Shown here: positions 1 to 9,757 of the stretch, in pieces
Numbering within the stretch: the stretch's first letter is position 1
Layout of the letters: every line of letters starts with the position of its first letter
DNA from: Hyphomicrobium sp.
GTDB lineage: Bacteria > Pseudomonadota > Alphaproteobacteria > Rhizobiales > Hyphomicrobiaceae
Direction of reading: 5' to 3'
Assembly: GCA_030148425.1 (NCBI GenBank)
Contig: JASBTM010000005.1
Location: 279,671-343,670 of the forward strand
DNA: 64,000 nt
Notes under the pieces: model-generated
What the model saw: only the letters and a program-made list of their open reading frames with translations
The model's database searches: none
What the model was told of the DNA's origin: nothing
Program-made: the position numbers and the translations under genes

Positions 1-298
1 GCGCCGCGTACGTCATGTCGCGCTGCATGCACTCGTCGGTGTCGAATTTCGGCGGTTCGAATTCGTAGCTGACGAATTCCAGCGTCGACTTGCCGGCAAA
101 ATCAGAGATCGGGAAAACGCCCTTGAACACCGACTGCAGGCCGAAATCATCCGACCTGCCGCCCGGAGGCTCTTTCACCATCAAGAAGTCATCGTAGGAT
201 GCTTTCTGAACCTCGATGAGGTTCGGCATCTCTGCGACTTCTCCAAGATGACCAAATTGCTTACGGAGGCGTTTGCGGCTGGTGAGGGTTTGAGCCAT
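1..298 (-). CDS. rpoB: RNA polymerase beta subunit, 5' part (runs off the window)
   Basis: Manual translation from the ATG at 298 gives [39 protein letters not shown]; it follows rplL. Confidence 0.97.
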   Translation of the reverse strand, partial: MAQTLTSRKRLRKQFGHLGEVAEMPNLIEVQKASYDDFLMVKEPPGGRSDDFGLQSVFKGVFPISDFAGKSTLEFVSYEFEPPKFDTDECMQRDMTYAA

Positions 299-383
299 AT
301 CGGTCCCTTCGTGCTCTCGTTTGCGGGGAAACCCGCGATCCTAATTCGACGCGCTCAGGGCCCCTGGAAACCGGGACCGCTTG

Positions 384-448
384 AAACGGTTCACCGGAGG
401 GTCCTTTTTCGAGGTTCGAAAACCCCAGGACCCTCCGGAAAACCGTTT
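384..448 (-). other. Long hairpin in the rplL-rpoB intergenic region (possible attenuator or processing site)
   Basis: Nested inverted repeats: aaacggtt/aaccgttt, ccggagggtcct/aggaccctccgg and ttttcga/tcgaaaa. Confidence 0.5.
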
Positions 449-550
449 TTCATTTGCATCTGGCGACTCCGCTTCGCGGAGCCGTTCGCCAGACGCGATA
501 TGCATGCATCAACACCGGCCGGGAGCGACCCAGCCGGTGTCGATGATCGA

Positions 551-925
551 TTACTTCACCTCGACAACGGCGCCCTGGTCTTCAAGCTGCTTCTTCAGCT
601 TCTGGGCTTCGTCCTTCGAGACGCCTTCCTTCACGGTCTTGCCGCCAGCCTCGACGAGGTCCTTGGCTTCCTTCAGGCCGAGACCCGTGATGGCGCGAAC
701 TTCCTTGATGACGTTGATCTTCTTGTCGCCACCCGACTTCAGAATGACGGTGAATTCCGTCTGCTCTTCGACAGGTGCAGCGGCAGCGCCAGCAGCCGGA
801 GCAGCAACGGCGACGGCGGCAGCAGCCGACACGCCCCACTTCTCTTCCAGCATCTTGGCAAGCTCAGCGGCTTCGAGCACGGTGAGCGCCGACAAGTCTT
901 CAACGATTTTTTCGATCTTAGACAT
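551..925 (-). CDS. rplL: 50S ribosomal protein L7/L12
   Basis: [11 protein letters not shown] hinge, [25 protein letters not shown]. Confidence 0.99.
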   Translation of the reverse strand: MSKIEKIVEDLSALTVLEAAELAKMLEEKWGVSAAAAVAVAAPAAGAAAAPVEEQTEFTVILKSGGDKKINVIKEVRAITGLGLKEAKDLVEAGGKTVKEGVSKDEAQKLKKQLEDQGAVVEVK

Positions 926-1029
926 ATATAGTGTCCTTCCGGTTTGAACCTAGTGGTTGAATTGCAGCACCCCCTTGGGGCCATGCTGCGTTAGCGTTTG
1001 AGGGCTCAAAGCCCCACAACTTCCGCGGC

Positions 1030-1548
1030 TTAGGCAGCCTCTTCTTTCGAAGCCTTGGCCTGAATGACGCGAGCCAGCTTGGCACCGGGTTCCTTGATCG
1101 TCCGGGCGATTTTCGTCGCCGGAGCGTTCAAGAGGCCGATGATCTTGGCGCGCAGTTCATCAAGCGACGGCAGCTCGGCAAGAGCCTGCACGCCTTTCGC
1201 GTCAAGGATGGTCTTGCCCATCGCGCCGCCGAGAATGACGAGCTTGTCGTTCGTCTTGGCGTACGTGACGGCCGCCTTCGCCGCTGCGATCGGATCTTTT
1301 GAGAAGGCCAGAATGGTCGGGCCGGTCAAAAGGTCGGAAAGCTTCTCGGCGTCGGTATCCTTGAGTGCGAGCTGCGCCAGCTTGTTCTTGGCCACTTTCA
1401 CAGATCCGCCAGCTTCTTTAACGCGCTTGCGGAAATCTGCGGATTGAGCGGCCACCATGCCGGTGTTGTGGGCGACAACGACCACACCCGTGCTTTTCAG
1501 CGTGGTGTGGAGGCTATCGATGAGCTCACGTTTCGCGGCTCTATCCAC
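1030..1548 (-). CDS. rplJ: 50S ribosomal protein L10
   Basis: VKVAKNKLA, LAELPSLDELRAKIIG; GTG start; operon position. Confidence 0.98.
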   Translation of the reverse strand: MDRAAKRELIDSLHTTLKSTGVVVVAHNTGMVAAQSADFRKRVKEAGGSVKVAKNKLAQLALKDTDAEKLSDLLTGPTILAFSKDPIAAAKAAVTYAKTNDKLVILGGAMGKTILDAKGVQALAELPSLDELRAKIIGLLNAPATKIARTIKEPGAKLARVIQAKASKEEAA

Positions 1549-1737
1549 GTCTCGTCTCCTTGCTGCGAAGCTTCATTTGCGAAGCCCCGCGGGTTGCACC
1601 TTTGCCGCCGTCTCCTGTGAAGGTTCGGGCGACGTTAGTCTGTCCTCGTTCCCGTGGACCGCACAGATGAGCGGCACGGTGCTGACCCAGAAGGTTCAAA
1701 CCGGAGCAAAGGCTTTTTGGGCCTCAAATCCGGTCGT

Positions 1738-1820
1738 CTTCTGTCTCATGCGGGCTCTCAGCGATTGAGAGACTTAGGCGTCACCGGCAGGCCGGATCGG
1801 CACCCACAATCTCGGACAGT
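1738..1820 (-). promoter_or_regulatory. Probable L10(L12)4-binding rplJ leader RNA
   Basis: Minus strand tgtccgagattgtgggtg...cccgcatgagacag resembles alphaproteobacterial L10 leaders and lies between rplA and rplJ. Confidence 0.6.
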
Positions 1821-1884
1821 GCCGAACCGAAACGGAGACCGCTTCGGTTCGGGGTTTTCCGGGTTGCCCCGGAATTCGTGAAAC

Positions 1885-2634
1885 TTAGACGGCTGGTCCC
1901 GGCGCGACGGAGGTCGTCTCGAGCTTCAAGCCCGGACCCATCGTCGAGGACAGCGAGACCTTCTTGAGGTACGTGCCCTTGGAACCCGTCGGCTTCGCCT
2001 TAACGACCGCATCGACGAACGCCTTGATGTTCTGCACCAGGGCTTCCTCGCTGAAGCTCGCCTTGCCGACGCCGGCGTGAACGATGCCGGCTTTCTCGAC
2101 GCGGAATTCGACCGAGCCACCCTTCGCACCTTTTACGGCGCCAACGACGTCCATCGTCACCGTGCCGACGCGCGGGTTCGGCATGAGGCCGCGCGGGCCA
2201 AGCACCTTACCCAGGCGACCGACGAGGCCCATCATGTCGGGCGTCGCGATGCAGCGATCGAAGTTGATCGTGCCCTTCGAGACGATCTCGACGAGGTCTT
2301 CGGCGCCGACGATGTCGGCTCCGGCTGCCTTCGCCTCTTCCGCCTTGGCACCGCGAGCGAACACTGCAACGCGCGCAGTGCGGCCCGAGCCGTTCGGCAG
2401 GTTGCAGACGCCGCGGACCATCTGGTCGGCGTGCTTCGGATCGACACCGAGGTTCAGTGCGATCTCGACCGTTTCATCGAACTTCGCCTTGGCGCGTTCC
2501 TTGATGATCTTTACGGCTTCGTCGACGCCATAAGCCTTGCCTGCTGCCAGACCCTGCTTGACGACGAGCATGCGCTTGCCACCGGCGTCGCGCGTCTCTT
2601 TGATCTTTTCAGCGCTGATTTGAGCTTTTGCCAT
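1885..2634 (-). CDS. rplA: 50S ribosomal protein L1
   Basis: [36 protein letters not shown]; start placed at MAKAQ. Confidence 0.99.
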   Translation of the reverse strand: MAKAQISAEKIKETRDAGGKRMLVVKQGLAAGKAYGVDEAVKIIKERAKAKFDETVEIALNLGVDPKHADQMVRGVCNLPNGSGRTARVAVFARGAKAEEAKAAGADIVGAEDLVEIVSKGTINFDRCIATPDMMGLVGRLGKVLGPRGLMPNPRVGTVTMDVVGAVKGAKGGSVEFRVEKAGIVHAGVGKASFSEEALVQNIKAFVDAVVKAKPTGSKGTYLKKVSLSSTMGPGLKLETTSVAPGPAV

Positions 2635-2638
2635 CGGA

Positions 2639-3085
2639 CTACTCCACCACCTTGAGGCCCATCGAACGTGCGCTACCCGCAAGCGTGCGAGCGGCGGCGT
2701 CGAGGTCTTCAGTGTTCATGTCCTTGAGCTTGCCCTTGGCGATCTCTTTCAGCTGAGCAATCGTCACCTGACCGGCCACGATGCGGCCCGGCTCTTTCGA
2801 ACCCTGACCACCCTTGCCCGTCGGGCGAAGGCCAGCAGCCTTCTTGATGAGGTACGTCGCCGGGGGCTGACGCATCTCGAATGTGAAGGAACGATCGGAG
2901 TAGACCGTGATCTTCACGGGAATCGGTGTACCCTGCTCGAGGTCCTTCGTTTTTGCATTGAAGGACTTGCAGAATTCCATGATATTGACGCCGCGCTGAC
3001 CAAGCGCGGGACCGATCGGGGGCGACGGATTAGCCGCACCTGCCGGTACCTGTAGATTGATAAAGCCGTCAATTTTCTTCGCCAT
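2639..3085 (-). CDS. rplK: 50S ribosomal protein L11
   Basis: [26 protein letters not shown]. Confidence 0.99.
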   Translation of the reverse strand: MAKKIDGFINLQVPAGAANPSPPIGPALGQRGVNIMEFCKSFNAKTKDLEQGTPIPVKITVYSDRSFTFEMRQPPATYLIKKAAGLRPTGKGGQGSKEPGRIVAGQVTIAQLKEIAKGKLKDMNTEDLDAAARTLAGSARSMGLKVVE

Positions 3086-3139
3086 AGTTCCCCTTCACTG
3101 TTAGAGCATCTTGCCGGAATGGCACGACGCTCAGGGTTA

Positions 3140-3184
3140 GCGGTTCAACGGATGAGCCTTCCAAAGGTCGGCCGATCCTCCCGC
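3140..3184 (-). promoter_or_regulatory. Possible L1-binding leader of rplK-rplA
   Basis: Minus strand GCGGGAGGAT...ATCCGTTGAACCGC forms a stem with an asymmetric internal loop upstream of rplK. Confidence 0.4.
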
Positions 3185-3272
3185 ACATCACCGCATCAAA
3201 ACCGAAATCCCGATGCGGGGCTCCGGCGGCAAGCCGCCGGAATTCTCAGCTGCCCAGGGCGCTTCCGCACCG

Positions 3273-3848
3273 TCAGGCAGGCACCTTCTCAACCTGCGTA
3301 AATTCGAGCTCGACCGGCGTCGGACGTCCGAAGATCGACACTGCGACCTTGACGCGCGAACGCTCCTCGTCGACCTCCTCGACAACGCCCGTGAACGAAG
3401 CGAACGGGCCGTCGGCAACCTTGACGTTCTCTCCGATCTCGAAGGTGATCGTCGGCTTCGGCCGCTCGACGCCCTCTTTGACCTGATTGAGAATCCGCAT
3501 CGCCTCCGATTCCGGAATCGGCATCGGCTTGTTGTCTGCGCCGAGGAAGCCCGTGACCTTCGGCGTGTTCTTGATCATCACGAACGCCGCGTCCGTCATC
3601 TTCATCTTCACAAGCACGTAGCCGGGCAGAAACTTCCGCTCGGTCGGAATCTTGCGACCGCGCTTGATCTCGACGACTTCTTCTGTCGGCACGACGATTT
3701 CTTCGAACAATTCGTCAAGGCCGCCCGCCTTCGCGCGCTCGCGAATGGCATCAGCGACTTTGCGTTCAAAGTTCGTGTAGGCGTGCACGATGTACCAGCG
3801 CGTACCGGCAATCGGTGCTTTCTCTTCGCGTTCTTGCGCGACAACCAT
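3273..3848 (-). CDS. nusG: Transcription termination/antitermination factor NusG
   Basis: RWYIVHAY, ERKFLPGYVLV, KOW domain, VSIFGRPTPVELEF. Confidence 0.99.
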   Translation of the reverse strand: MVVAQEREEKAPIAGTRWYIVHAYTNFERKVADAIRERAKAGGLDELFEEIVVPTEEVVEIKRGRKIPTERKFLPGYVLVKMKMTDAAFVMIKNTPKVTGFLGADNKPMPIPESEAMRILNQVKEGVERPKPTITFEIGENVKVADGPFASFTGVVEEVDEERSRVKVAVSIFGRPTPVELEFTQVEKVPA

Positions 3849-3897
3849 TCTCAAAGGCCCTCTGGCGCGTAACTTAAACCTAATATGCCAGCCGAAT

Positions 3898-4095
3898 TCA
3901 GGTGCCCACCCCAAGGATCAAACGCACGACGTGGCTCAGCGCCTGATCAACAAGCAAAAAGAAAACAGAGGCGAGCGCGACCATGATGATAACCATCAAA
4001 GTCGTGATCCACACCTCTTTCCAAGTCGGCCAAGTTACCTTCGCGACTTCCTGCCGAACCTCTTGCATAAAGGTTATGGGATTGAACTTCGCCAT
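3898..4095 (-). CDS. secE: Preprotein translocase subunit SecE
   Basis: FMQEVRQEVAKVTWPT followed by a TM helix; lies between tRNA-Trp and nusG. Confidence 0.97.
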   Translation of the reverse strand: MAKFNPITFMQEVRQEVAKVTWPTWKEVWITTLMVIIMVALASVFFLLVDQALSHVVRLILGVGT

Positions 4096-4185
4096 AAAAC
4101 TGCTTTCCGAGCGCATAAGCGACAACATGCCGCATCCGACCACGGGGTTTTCCGGGCCGGTCGGCAGATCAAACCGTCACGAGGC

Positions 4186-4261
4186 TGGCAGGGGCGGAGG
4201 GTCTCGAACCCCCGACCTTCGGTTTTGGAGACCGACGCTCTACCAATTGAGCTACACCCCT
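4186..4261 (-). tRNA. trnW: tRNA-Trp (anticodon CCA)
   Basis: 76-nt cloverleaf AGGGGTGTAGCTCAATTGGTAGAGCGTCGGTCTCCAAAACCGAAGGTCGGGGGTTCGAGACCCTCCGCCCCTGCCA. Confidence 0.98.
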
Positions 4262-4362
4262 AGTCCAGACGCAGGCGCAAGCCCACCGTCAAGCAGCCTC
4301 TTTCGGGGCGTGCACCCTTAACTGAACTTTGGGAGCTTGTCAGCCCCGCCCGCGCCTTTTTT

Positions 4363-4740
4363 CTACCGAACCGCGCCGCCGCTGGTCCAAGGGCCGCCGG
4401 TTTCTGCGGTTTGACCGCCGGAGACCGGCTCGACAACGACCGCGGAGCCGTAAGCCAGTACCTCGGTTACAGCGGCTGCGATCTCATTGGCATCGTAGCG
4501 CATCCCGATGACTGCGTTCGCGCCCATGCTCTGCGCATGTTCGACGAGAAGATCGAAAGCTTCCTGACGCGCGTGCTCGGCAAGCTTGGTGTAAACTGAA
4601 ATATTGCCGCCGAAGAAAATCTGGACGGCCGCACCCAAATTGCCGACCACGCTCCGTGAGCGCACCGTCAGCCCGCGAACGAGGCCCAGATGTCGGACAA
4701 TGCGATATCCCTGAATGTCGTTCGTCGTTACGACCAGCAT
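4363..4740 (-). CDS. YbjQ/UPF0145 family protein
   Basis: MLVVTTNDIQG...GANAVIGMRYD...EVLAYGSAV. Confidence 0.9.
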   Translation of the reverse strand: MLVVTTNDIQGYRIVRHLGLVRGLTVRSRSVVGNLGAAVQIFFGGNISVYTKLAEHARQEAFDLLVEHAQSMGANAVIGMRYDANEIAAAVTEVLAYGSAVVVEPVSGGQTAETGGPWTSGGAVR

Positions 4741-4878
4741 AGCGTCCCCTTCCCGTTGCGCGCCGGCCTCTTTACCGCCGGATATCCGCTTGGCCGCCAA
4801 GCTAGCGCGACTCTCGCCTGGTGACGACATGGGAAGCGTCAGATTTGGCCGAACTTTCGAATTCAATCACGCCGGCCG

Positions 4879-6768
4879 TCACGCAGTCTTCACAAGCTTC
4901 AGTTCGAAAAGGTCTTGGCAGCGGAGCAAGACATCGTCGATCTCGCCGACGGGAACAGGCTTGCTGAAATAGAAGCCCTGCACCTCTTCGCAGCCAGCAT
5001 TTGAGATCAGGTTGAACTGATCCGCCGTCTCGATGCCTTCGACGACCGTCGTCATGCGCAAGCGTTTTGCCAATCCGGTGACTGACTGGACGATCGCCAT
5101 GCAATCGCTGCCTTGGGGCGTGCCGAAATCGCGCACGAACGAGCGATCGATCTTGAGCTTGTCGAACGGAAAGCTGCGCAGATAGCTCAGCGACGCGTAA
5201 GCCGTCCCGAAATCATCGAGAGCGATCTTGACGCCGAGCTCGCGAAGCCGGTGCAAGATGTCATGCGTGTTCGGGTGATCGCGAAGCAGAACCGATTCCG
5301 TCACTTCAAGCTCCAGCCGTTCAGGCGCGAGACTGGACAGTTCGAGCGCAGTCGCGACGGATTTGTAGAGATCGCCCTTCTCAAACTGAATCGACGACAG
5401 GTTCACCGTGACCTTGATTGGATCCGGCCAGCCGGCTGCGTCACGGCACGCGCGCACCAGCGCCCAGGCACCAATCTCAATGATGAGGCCTGTTTCCTCG
5501 GCAAACCCGATGAAGTCCACCGGAGGAACGAGACCTCGCTCGGGATGCCGCCAGCGGATCAACGCTTCGAAACTACCGACGCTCTTAGTCTTGATGTCGA
5601 GAATGGGCTGATAGTGCAGCTCGAATTGCTTCTTCTTCAGCGCGATCTTCAGATCGGCCTCAAGTCGCTGGCTTTTGCCGATGTCGTAATCACCGGTTGG
5701 ATCGAAAAACGCGTATGTGCCTCGTTCCGTAGACTTGGCGCTATAGAGAGCGAGATCGGCATTCTTCAAGAGCTCGTCGGGAGTCGCGCCGTGTTCGGGC
5801 GCAAGTGCGATACCCATGCTGGCCGTTATGGTGATCTTGTTGCCGAGCACCATGTGGTCGGCCGTGATGGCGCGAAGCAATCGGCGCGCAACCTGCTCGG
5901 ATTGCGCGGCGGTCGCGGCCCCTATCCGGATGATCGCGAATTCGTCGCCACCAAGACGAGCGAGCACGTCGGTCTGACGGATCGCTTTGCGCAAGCGCTT
6001 CGCGACGCTCTTGAGAAGCGCATCTCCGACCGGGTGACCGAGCGTATCGTTGACAGCTTTGAAGTTGTCGAGATCGATCCAGAGCACCGAGAAATCGCGC
6101 CCATTCGCGAGCGTCGTCTGAAGCTCTTCGCGAAAATGAAACCGGTTATGGAGTTCGGTCAGCGTGTCGTGGCGTGCAAGCCAAGTGATTTTCTTCTCCG
6201 CCCGGCTTTTCTCCGTAATATCCTCCTGGATATCGACCCAACCGCCATCGGGAAGCGGCTGGTTGGTCACCAAAATGGTGCGGCCGTTTTTCAAATACTT
6301 TGTCTCGGAAAACGATCTGCCTGCGGACAAGGCTCCGACGTGACCGTCGATCCAGCGTCGCTGATGGGCACGATCTTCGGCCGTATTGTGACCCGTCTCC
6401 GTCCAAACGTGATACGCGATGATGTCGGCGAAGGGCGTTCCGGGTTTCGTCAGTTCCTGAGGCAAGCCGAAAATTTCGCCATAAAGGTTGTTGCAGACGA
6501 CGAGGCGCTGCTTGTCGTCGAACATCGACAAGCCGCGAGCCATATTGTTCAGGGCTATCTCAAAGAGACCGTTGAGCTGCTTAACGTGCTTCTTCTCGGA
6601 GTCCGAAATACCGTTGACAATTTGAAATGCCTTCCAACCCCGATCCATTTCGAGGGCCAGAGATTTTTCCGGCATTGCATCGGAATCCGCCGCGCGATTT
6701 TTCTTTGCCGATTTCTTCGAAACCCTTTTCGAAGCCGATCCGTCTCGTGACGCACGCGCTGATTTCAT
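4879..6768 (-). CDS. PAS-GGDEF-EAL diguanylate cyclase/phosphodiesterase
   Basis: PAS_7-like region; RQTD I-site and GGDEF; FEALIRW and LDDFGTAYASL. Confidence 0.95.
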   Translation of the reverse strand: MKSARASRDGSASKRVSKKSAKKNRAADSDAMPEKSLALEMDRGWKAFQIVNGISDSEKKHVKQLNGLFEIALNNMARGLSMFDDKQRLVVCNNLYGEIFGLPQELTKPGTPFADIIAYHVWTETGHNTAEDRAHQRRWIDGHVGALSAGRSFSETKYLKNGRTILVTNQPLPDGGWVDIQEDITEKSRAEKKITWLARHDTLTELHNRFHFREELQTTLANGRDFSVLWIDLDNFKAVNDTLGHPVGDALLKSVAKRLRKAIRQTDVLARLGGDEFAIIRIGAATAAQSEQVARRLLRAITADHMVLGNKITITASMGIALAPEHGATPDELLKNADLALYSAKSTERGTYAFFDPTGDYDIGKSQRLEADLKIALKKKQFELHYQPILDIKTKSVGSFEALIRWRHPERGLVPPVDFIGFAEETGLIIEIGAWALVRACRDAAGWPDPIKVTVNLSSIQFEKGDLYKSVATALELSSLAPERLELEVTESVLLRDHPNTHDILHRLRELGVKIALDDFGTAYASLSYLRSFPFDKLKIDRSFVRDFGTPQGSDCMAIVQSVTGLAKRLRMTTVVEGIETADQFNLISNAGCEEVQGFYFSKPVPVGEIDDVLLRCQDLFELKLVKTA

Positions 6769-7073
6769 CGTGTTCGTCCGCTAATGGCGTTTCCAATGTG
6801 ATTTGAAAATAAATAAAAAAGCAGAATTCTTGGCTATTCTGCTTAGAAGTCGCCGCCATCGCCACTGGCGTTTCCGCCAGTCACCTTCGCGGGGCAACCA
6901 CTAAAAACTCCCGCGTGCGGCGTTGGTTGCGCAAACTAAAAACATGGGAAATGTTCTTGCTACTCGCCTGTCCCGTCTTTAACTGACCGACAACTATATC
7001 CAACCCACTTCGAAGCCGACGGGCCCTCCCAGCGCCCCTCGCTTCATGCAACCCATCGGGATCGTTCTCGCCA

Positions 7074-7961
7074 ATGTCCAGTCATCGCCGCGCATCCAAG
7101 GTTCCTGCGATCTTGGAGCACGCCGCCCCTCTGATGATGGAGCGCGACGTTATCTTCTGCGATGTCTGGGGCGTCGTTCACAACGGCGTTACGGCATTCG
7201 AAAATGCCTGCCAGGCATTGGAGACATTCCGGGCCGGAGGCGGCACTGTCATTCTCGTCTCGAATGCGCCTGTTCCCAAGCATCGCGTCGCGGACATGCT
7301 GGACTCGCGCCATGTTCCACGAAACGCATGGGACGATATCGTGTCGTCGGGCGACATTGCGCTCGCTCATGTCATGGAGAGAAACTATCAGCGGCTCTAC
7401 TGCATCGGGCCGCGCGACCGGGACGCCGCACTCTTTTCTATTCTGCCTGGACGCGCCGTCGAGCTGTCGGATGCCGAGGCCATCATTTGCACCGGCCTCA
7501 ACGATGATCGGCGCGAAACGCCGGAAGACTACCACGATGTTCTCGAACGCGCCCTCGCGCATCGCGTGCCGTTCGTTTGCGCAAACCCCGATCTTATCGT
7601 CGATGTCGGGGGCACGCTTCTTTACTGCGCGGGTGCAATCGCCGACCTTTACGCGCGCATGGGCGGCGAGATCTATTGGGCCGGAAAGCCATATCTCAAC
7701 GCGTACGAGACCGCGCATCGCAAGGCCGAAGCGCTCCGCAACACGAACGTCGAGAAATCCAGAATCCTGGTCATCGGCGACGCGTTGCGCACCGACATCA
7801 AAGGGGCGGAGAACTACGGCTGCGACGCGCTCTTCATCGCCTCCGGCATCCATCGCCATGAAACTGTCGACGGCATCGACCTTTCGGCGACGAAGCTCGC
7901 GGATCTCTTCGGACCCGGAGCCCCGCCTGCCGTTGGCGCAATGATCGAGCTTGCTTGGTAA
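7074..7961 (+). CDS. HAD subfamily IIA hydrolase (TIGR01459-like)
   Basis: CDVWGVVHNG motif I, CANPD, AGKPY, IGDALRTDIKGA. Confidence 0.9.
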   Translation: MSSHRRASKVPAILEHAAPLMMERDVIFCDVWGVVHNGVTAFENACQALETFRAGGGTVILVSNAPVPKHRVADMLDSRHVPRNAWDDIVSSGDIALAHVMERNYQRLYCIGPRDRDAALFSILPGRAVELSDAEAIICTGLNDDRRETPEDYHDVLERALAHRVPFVCANPDLIVDVGGTLLYCAGAIADLYARMGGEIYWAGKPYLNAYETAHRKAEALRNTNVEKSRILVIGDALRTDIKGAENYGCDALFIASGIHRHETVDGIDLSATKLADLFGPGAPPAVGAMIELAW

Positions 7962-7966
7962 GAGCC

Positions 7967-8992
7967 CTATTTGATCGGCTTCGTCGATACCTCGGCCGGG
8001 ATTTCGCTCTTCGGCCGCTTGGGATCTGGGCCATCAGAGAAACTATTGAAGACGACGTCCGGCGATGTCGTGTTGTGCTGCGAGGGCGTCAAACGGCCGA
8101 TCCAAACGTCCGTCGCGTTGGCATGATCGAACTTCATGACGTTGTCTTCGCGCCAACCTTTGGCAGCCTTCTCGCGCACGGCGATGCGCGCCGTATCGTT
8201 GTTGAATTCCGTGACGTACATCGACCGCAGCATCGCGAAGGGACTGCCGTCGATCCCCTTGTCGAATGCGACGTCCAGCGCGAGACGGTTCGTGTCAACG
8301 CTTGCGATCTTGACTGAGGCGGTGCCGCCCTTTTCGAACGATAGCGTGAACTGACGCTTGTCCGGCTCGAAGACGACCTCCTTAATCTTGACGAGCGGCC
8401 GGCCCTCTTTCTCGATGGGTCCGAGAAGAAACGACGAACCGTACGCCGTCACTTCCATGTTGGAGGGTGTCATCGGGCGCGGGCGCCAATAGCCGTCCTG
8501 CGGATAGAGCACTAGAACCTCATCGGCGCGTCCGTCCTTCAGGACCCAAACCTGAAGCATGTGGATGCTGTTGTAGACCTTATCGCCGATGCGGACGGTC
8601 GCGGTCGCCGGCCGCCAGAACGACGGATACGTATAGCCGACCAGCCACAACTCGGGCTCACCGACGAGCGTGATTTTTTTCGGCGGCACCGGCGCTTTGA
8701 AAACAGGATCAGCCGACATATCGCACGCCGTCCAGTCGGGTTCGATATTGCTGCGCATCCCCGACGACAGATAGACCGGATGCGCGGCCTCGATGCGGAA
8801 CGCGCGTACGTTCTTGTTCGAGAGCGCAACCGCGACGTTGTCTTTCTCAGCGCAAAGCACCGGCTCGCTTTGATTCTCGACGTCAACGGCGAGGCCGTCG
8901 AGAGAAGCTGCGTGCAACGGCATATGCGGCACGACGAGCGAAATCATCACAGCGAAAAAGCGAACGAAAAACGACGGCATTCGGGGCTCCAT
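7967..8992 (-). CDS. Secreted/periplasmic hypothetical protein
   Basis: 341-aa ORF with an N-terminal signal-like hydrophobic stretch; 14 bp downstream of the FkbM gene. Confidence 0.8.
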   Translation of the reverse strand: MEPRMPSFFVRFFAVMISLVVPHMPLHAASLDGLAVDVENQSEPVLCAEKDNVAVALSNKNVRAFRIEAAHPVYLSSGMRSNIEPDWTACDMSADPVFKAPVPPKKITLVGEPELWLVGYTYPSFWRPATATVRIGDKVYNSIHMLQVWVLKDGRADEVLVLYPQDGYWRPRPMTPSNMEVTAYGSSFLLGPIEKEGRPLVKIKEVVFEPDKRQFTLSFEKGGTASVKIASVDTNRLALDVAFDKGIDGSPFAMLRSMYVTEFNNDTARIAVREKAAKGWREDNVMKFDHANATDVWIGRLTPSQHNTTSPDVVFNSFSDGPDPKRPKSEIPAEVSTKPIK

Positions 8993-9006
8993 TTCCAGTG
9001 TCGTGC

Positions 9007-9753
9007 TCAGCAGGGTTCGAGCGCCGCGTAAACGTCGCCGGAATTTGCTTCGTGGGGAAGCTTGCTCAGATGGTCGGCCATGTCTTCATCCGACAGCCAG
9101 CGGTCGAATGTCAGTGTCTGGCTTTCTCCGAGTGCGAGGTTGTAGCGATAGTTGCCAAGTCCGGACAAGCGGTCGAAACACGCCATCGCGATGTCGCGCG
9201 CTATGGTCGTAAATTCGAACGACAGGGCTTTGACAGGCTGCGACAGGCCGCGCAAGACCGCGTCCTCGTAGCCTTCGACGTCAATTTTGATGAAGGCCGG
9301 TATCCCATACCGTGCGATGAGCCCATCGAGCGTCACGACCTCGATCGGAATGTGCTTGTCCCACACTTGCCCTTCCCATCCCTTCGCACCTTCGGCCTGA
9401 TGCACAAAGTCTTCCGAAAGTGTCGAAACGGTGGGATTGGCCGTGTTGACGAGCAGATCGCGGACGCCCGCATCGGCGCCTACGGCGCGGTCGACGAGTT
9501 CGACGAGCGGATCGCGGCCGTGAATGTGGTTGAGCGCGGAAAATAGCAAAGGCTGGGGCTCGACCGCTACCACGCGCGCGCCGAGCCGGCGAAACGACGA
9601 TACCCGGTCGCCGACATGGGCTCCGATATCGAAGACGAGCGCGCCGGGTTCGACGAGACGCCGATAAAGATCGTCCATCGCCGTCCGCGGCGCGTCCGGG
9701 CCGAGATAAATCCGCAACGACCGGATGACGCCGAGCAAGGCTTGCGACACCAT
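9007..9753 (-). CDS. FkbM family methyltransferase
   Basis: VFDIGAHVG, VAVEPQP, FIKIDVEGYE; start placed just after the opgH stop. Confidence 0.9.
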   Translation of the reverse strand: MVSQALLGVIRSLRIYLGPDAPRTAMDDLYRRLVEPGALVFDIGAHVGDRVSSFRRLGARVVAVEPQPLLFSALNHIHGRDPLVELVDRAVGADAGVRDLLVNTANPTVSTLSEDFVHQAEGAKGWEGQVWDKHIPIEVVTLDGLIARYGIPAFIKIDVEGYEDAVLRGLSQPVKALSFEFTTIARDIAMACFDRLSGLGNYRYNLALGESQTLTFDRWLSDEDMADHLSKLPHEANSGDVYAALEPC

Positions 9754-9757
9754 CACG

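Noticed and set aside
248-947. Plus-strand ORFs of 227 and 188 aa
   Set aside because: They are antisense to rplL and rpoB.
4186-4261. tRNA-Trp as an integration site
   Set aside because: No integrase and no duplicated tRNA 3' end were seen; secE follows normally.
5113-6750. Long antisense ORFs (also 16310-18019, 35175-36914, 36960-38420, 41600-42751, 59970-61667)
   Set aside because: These are shadow frames of well-supported genes, typical of high-GC codon bias, with no recognisable motifs.
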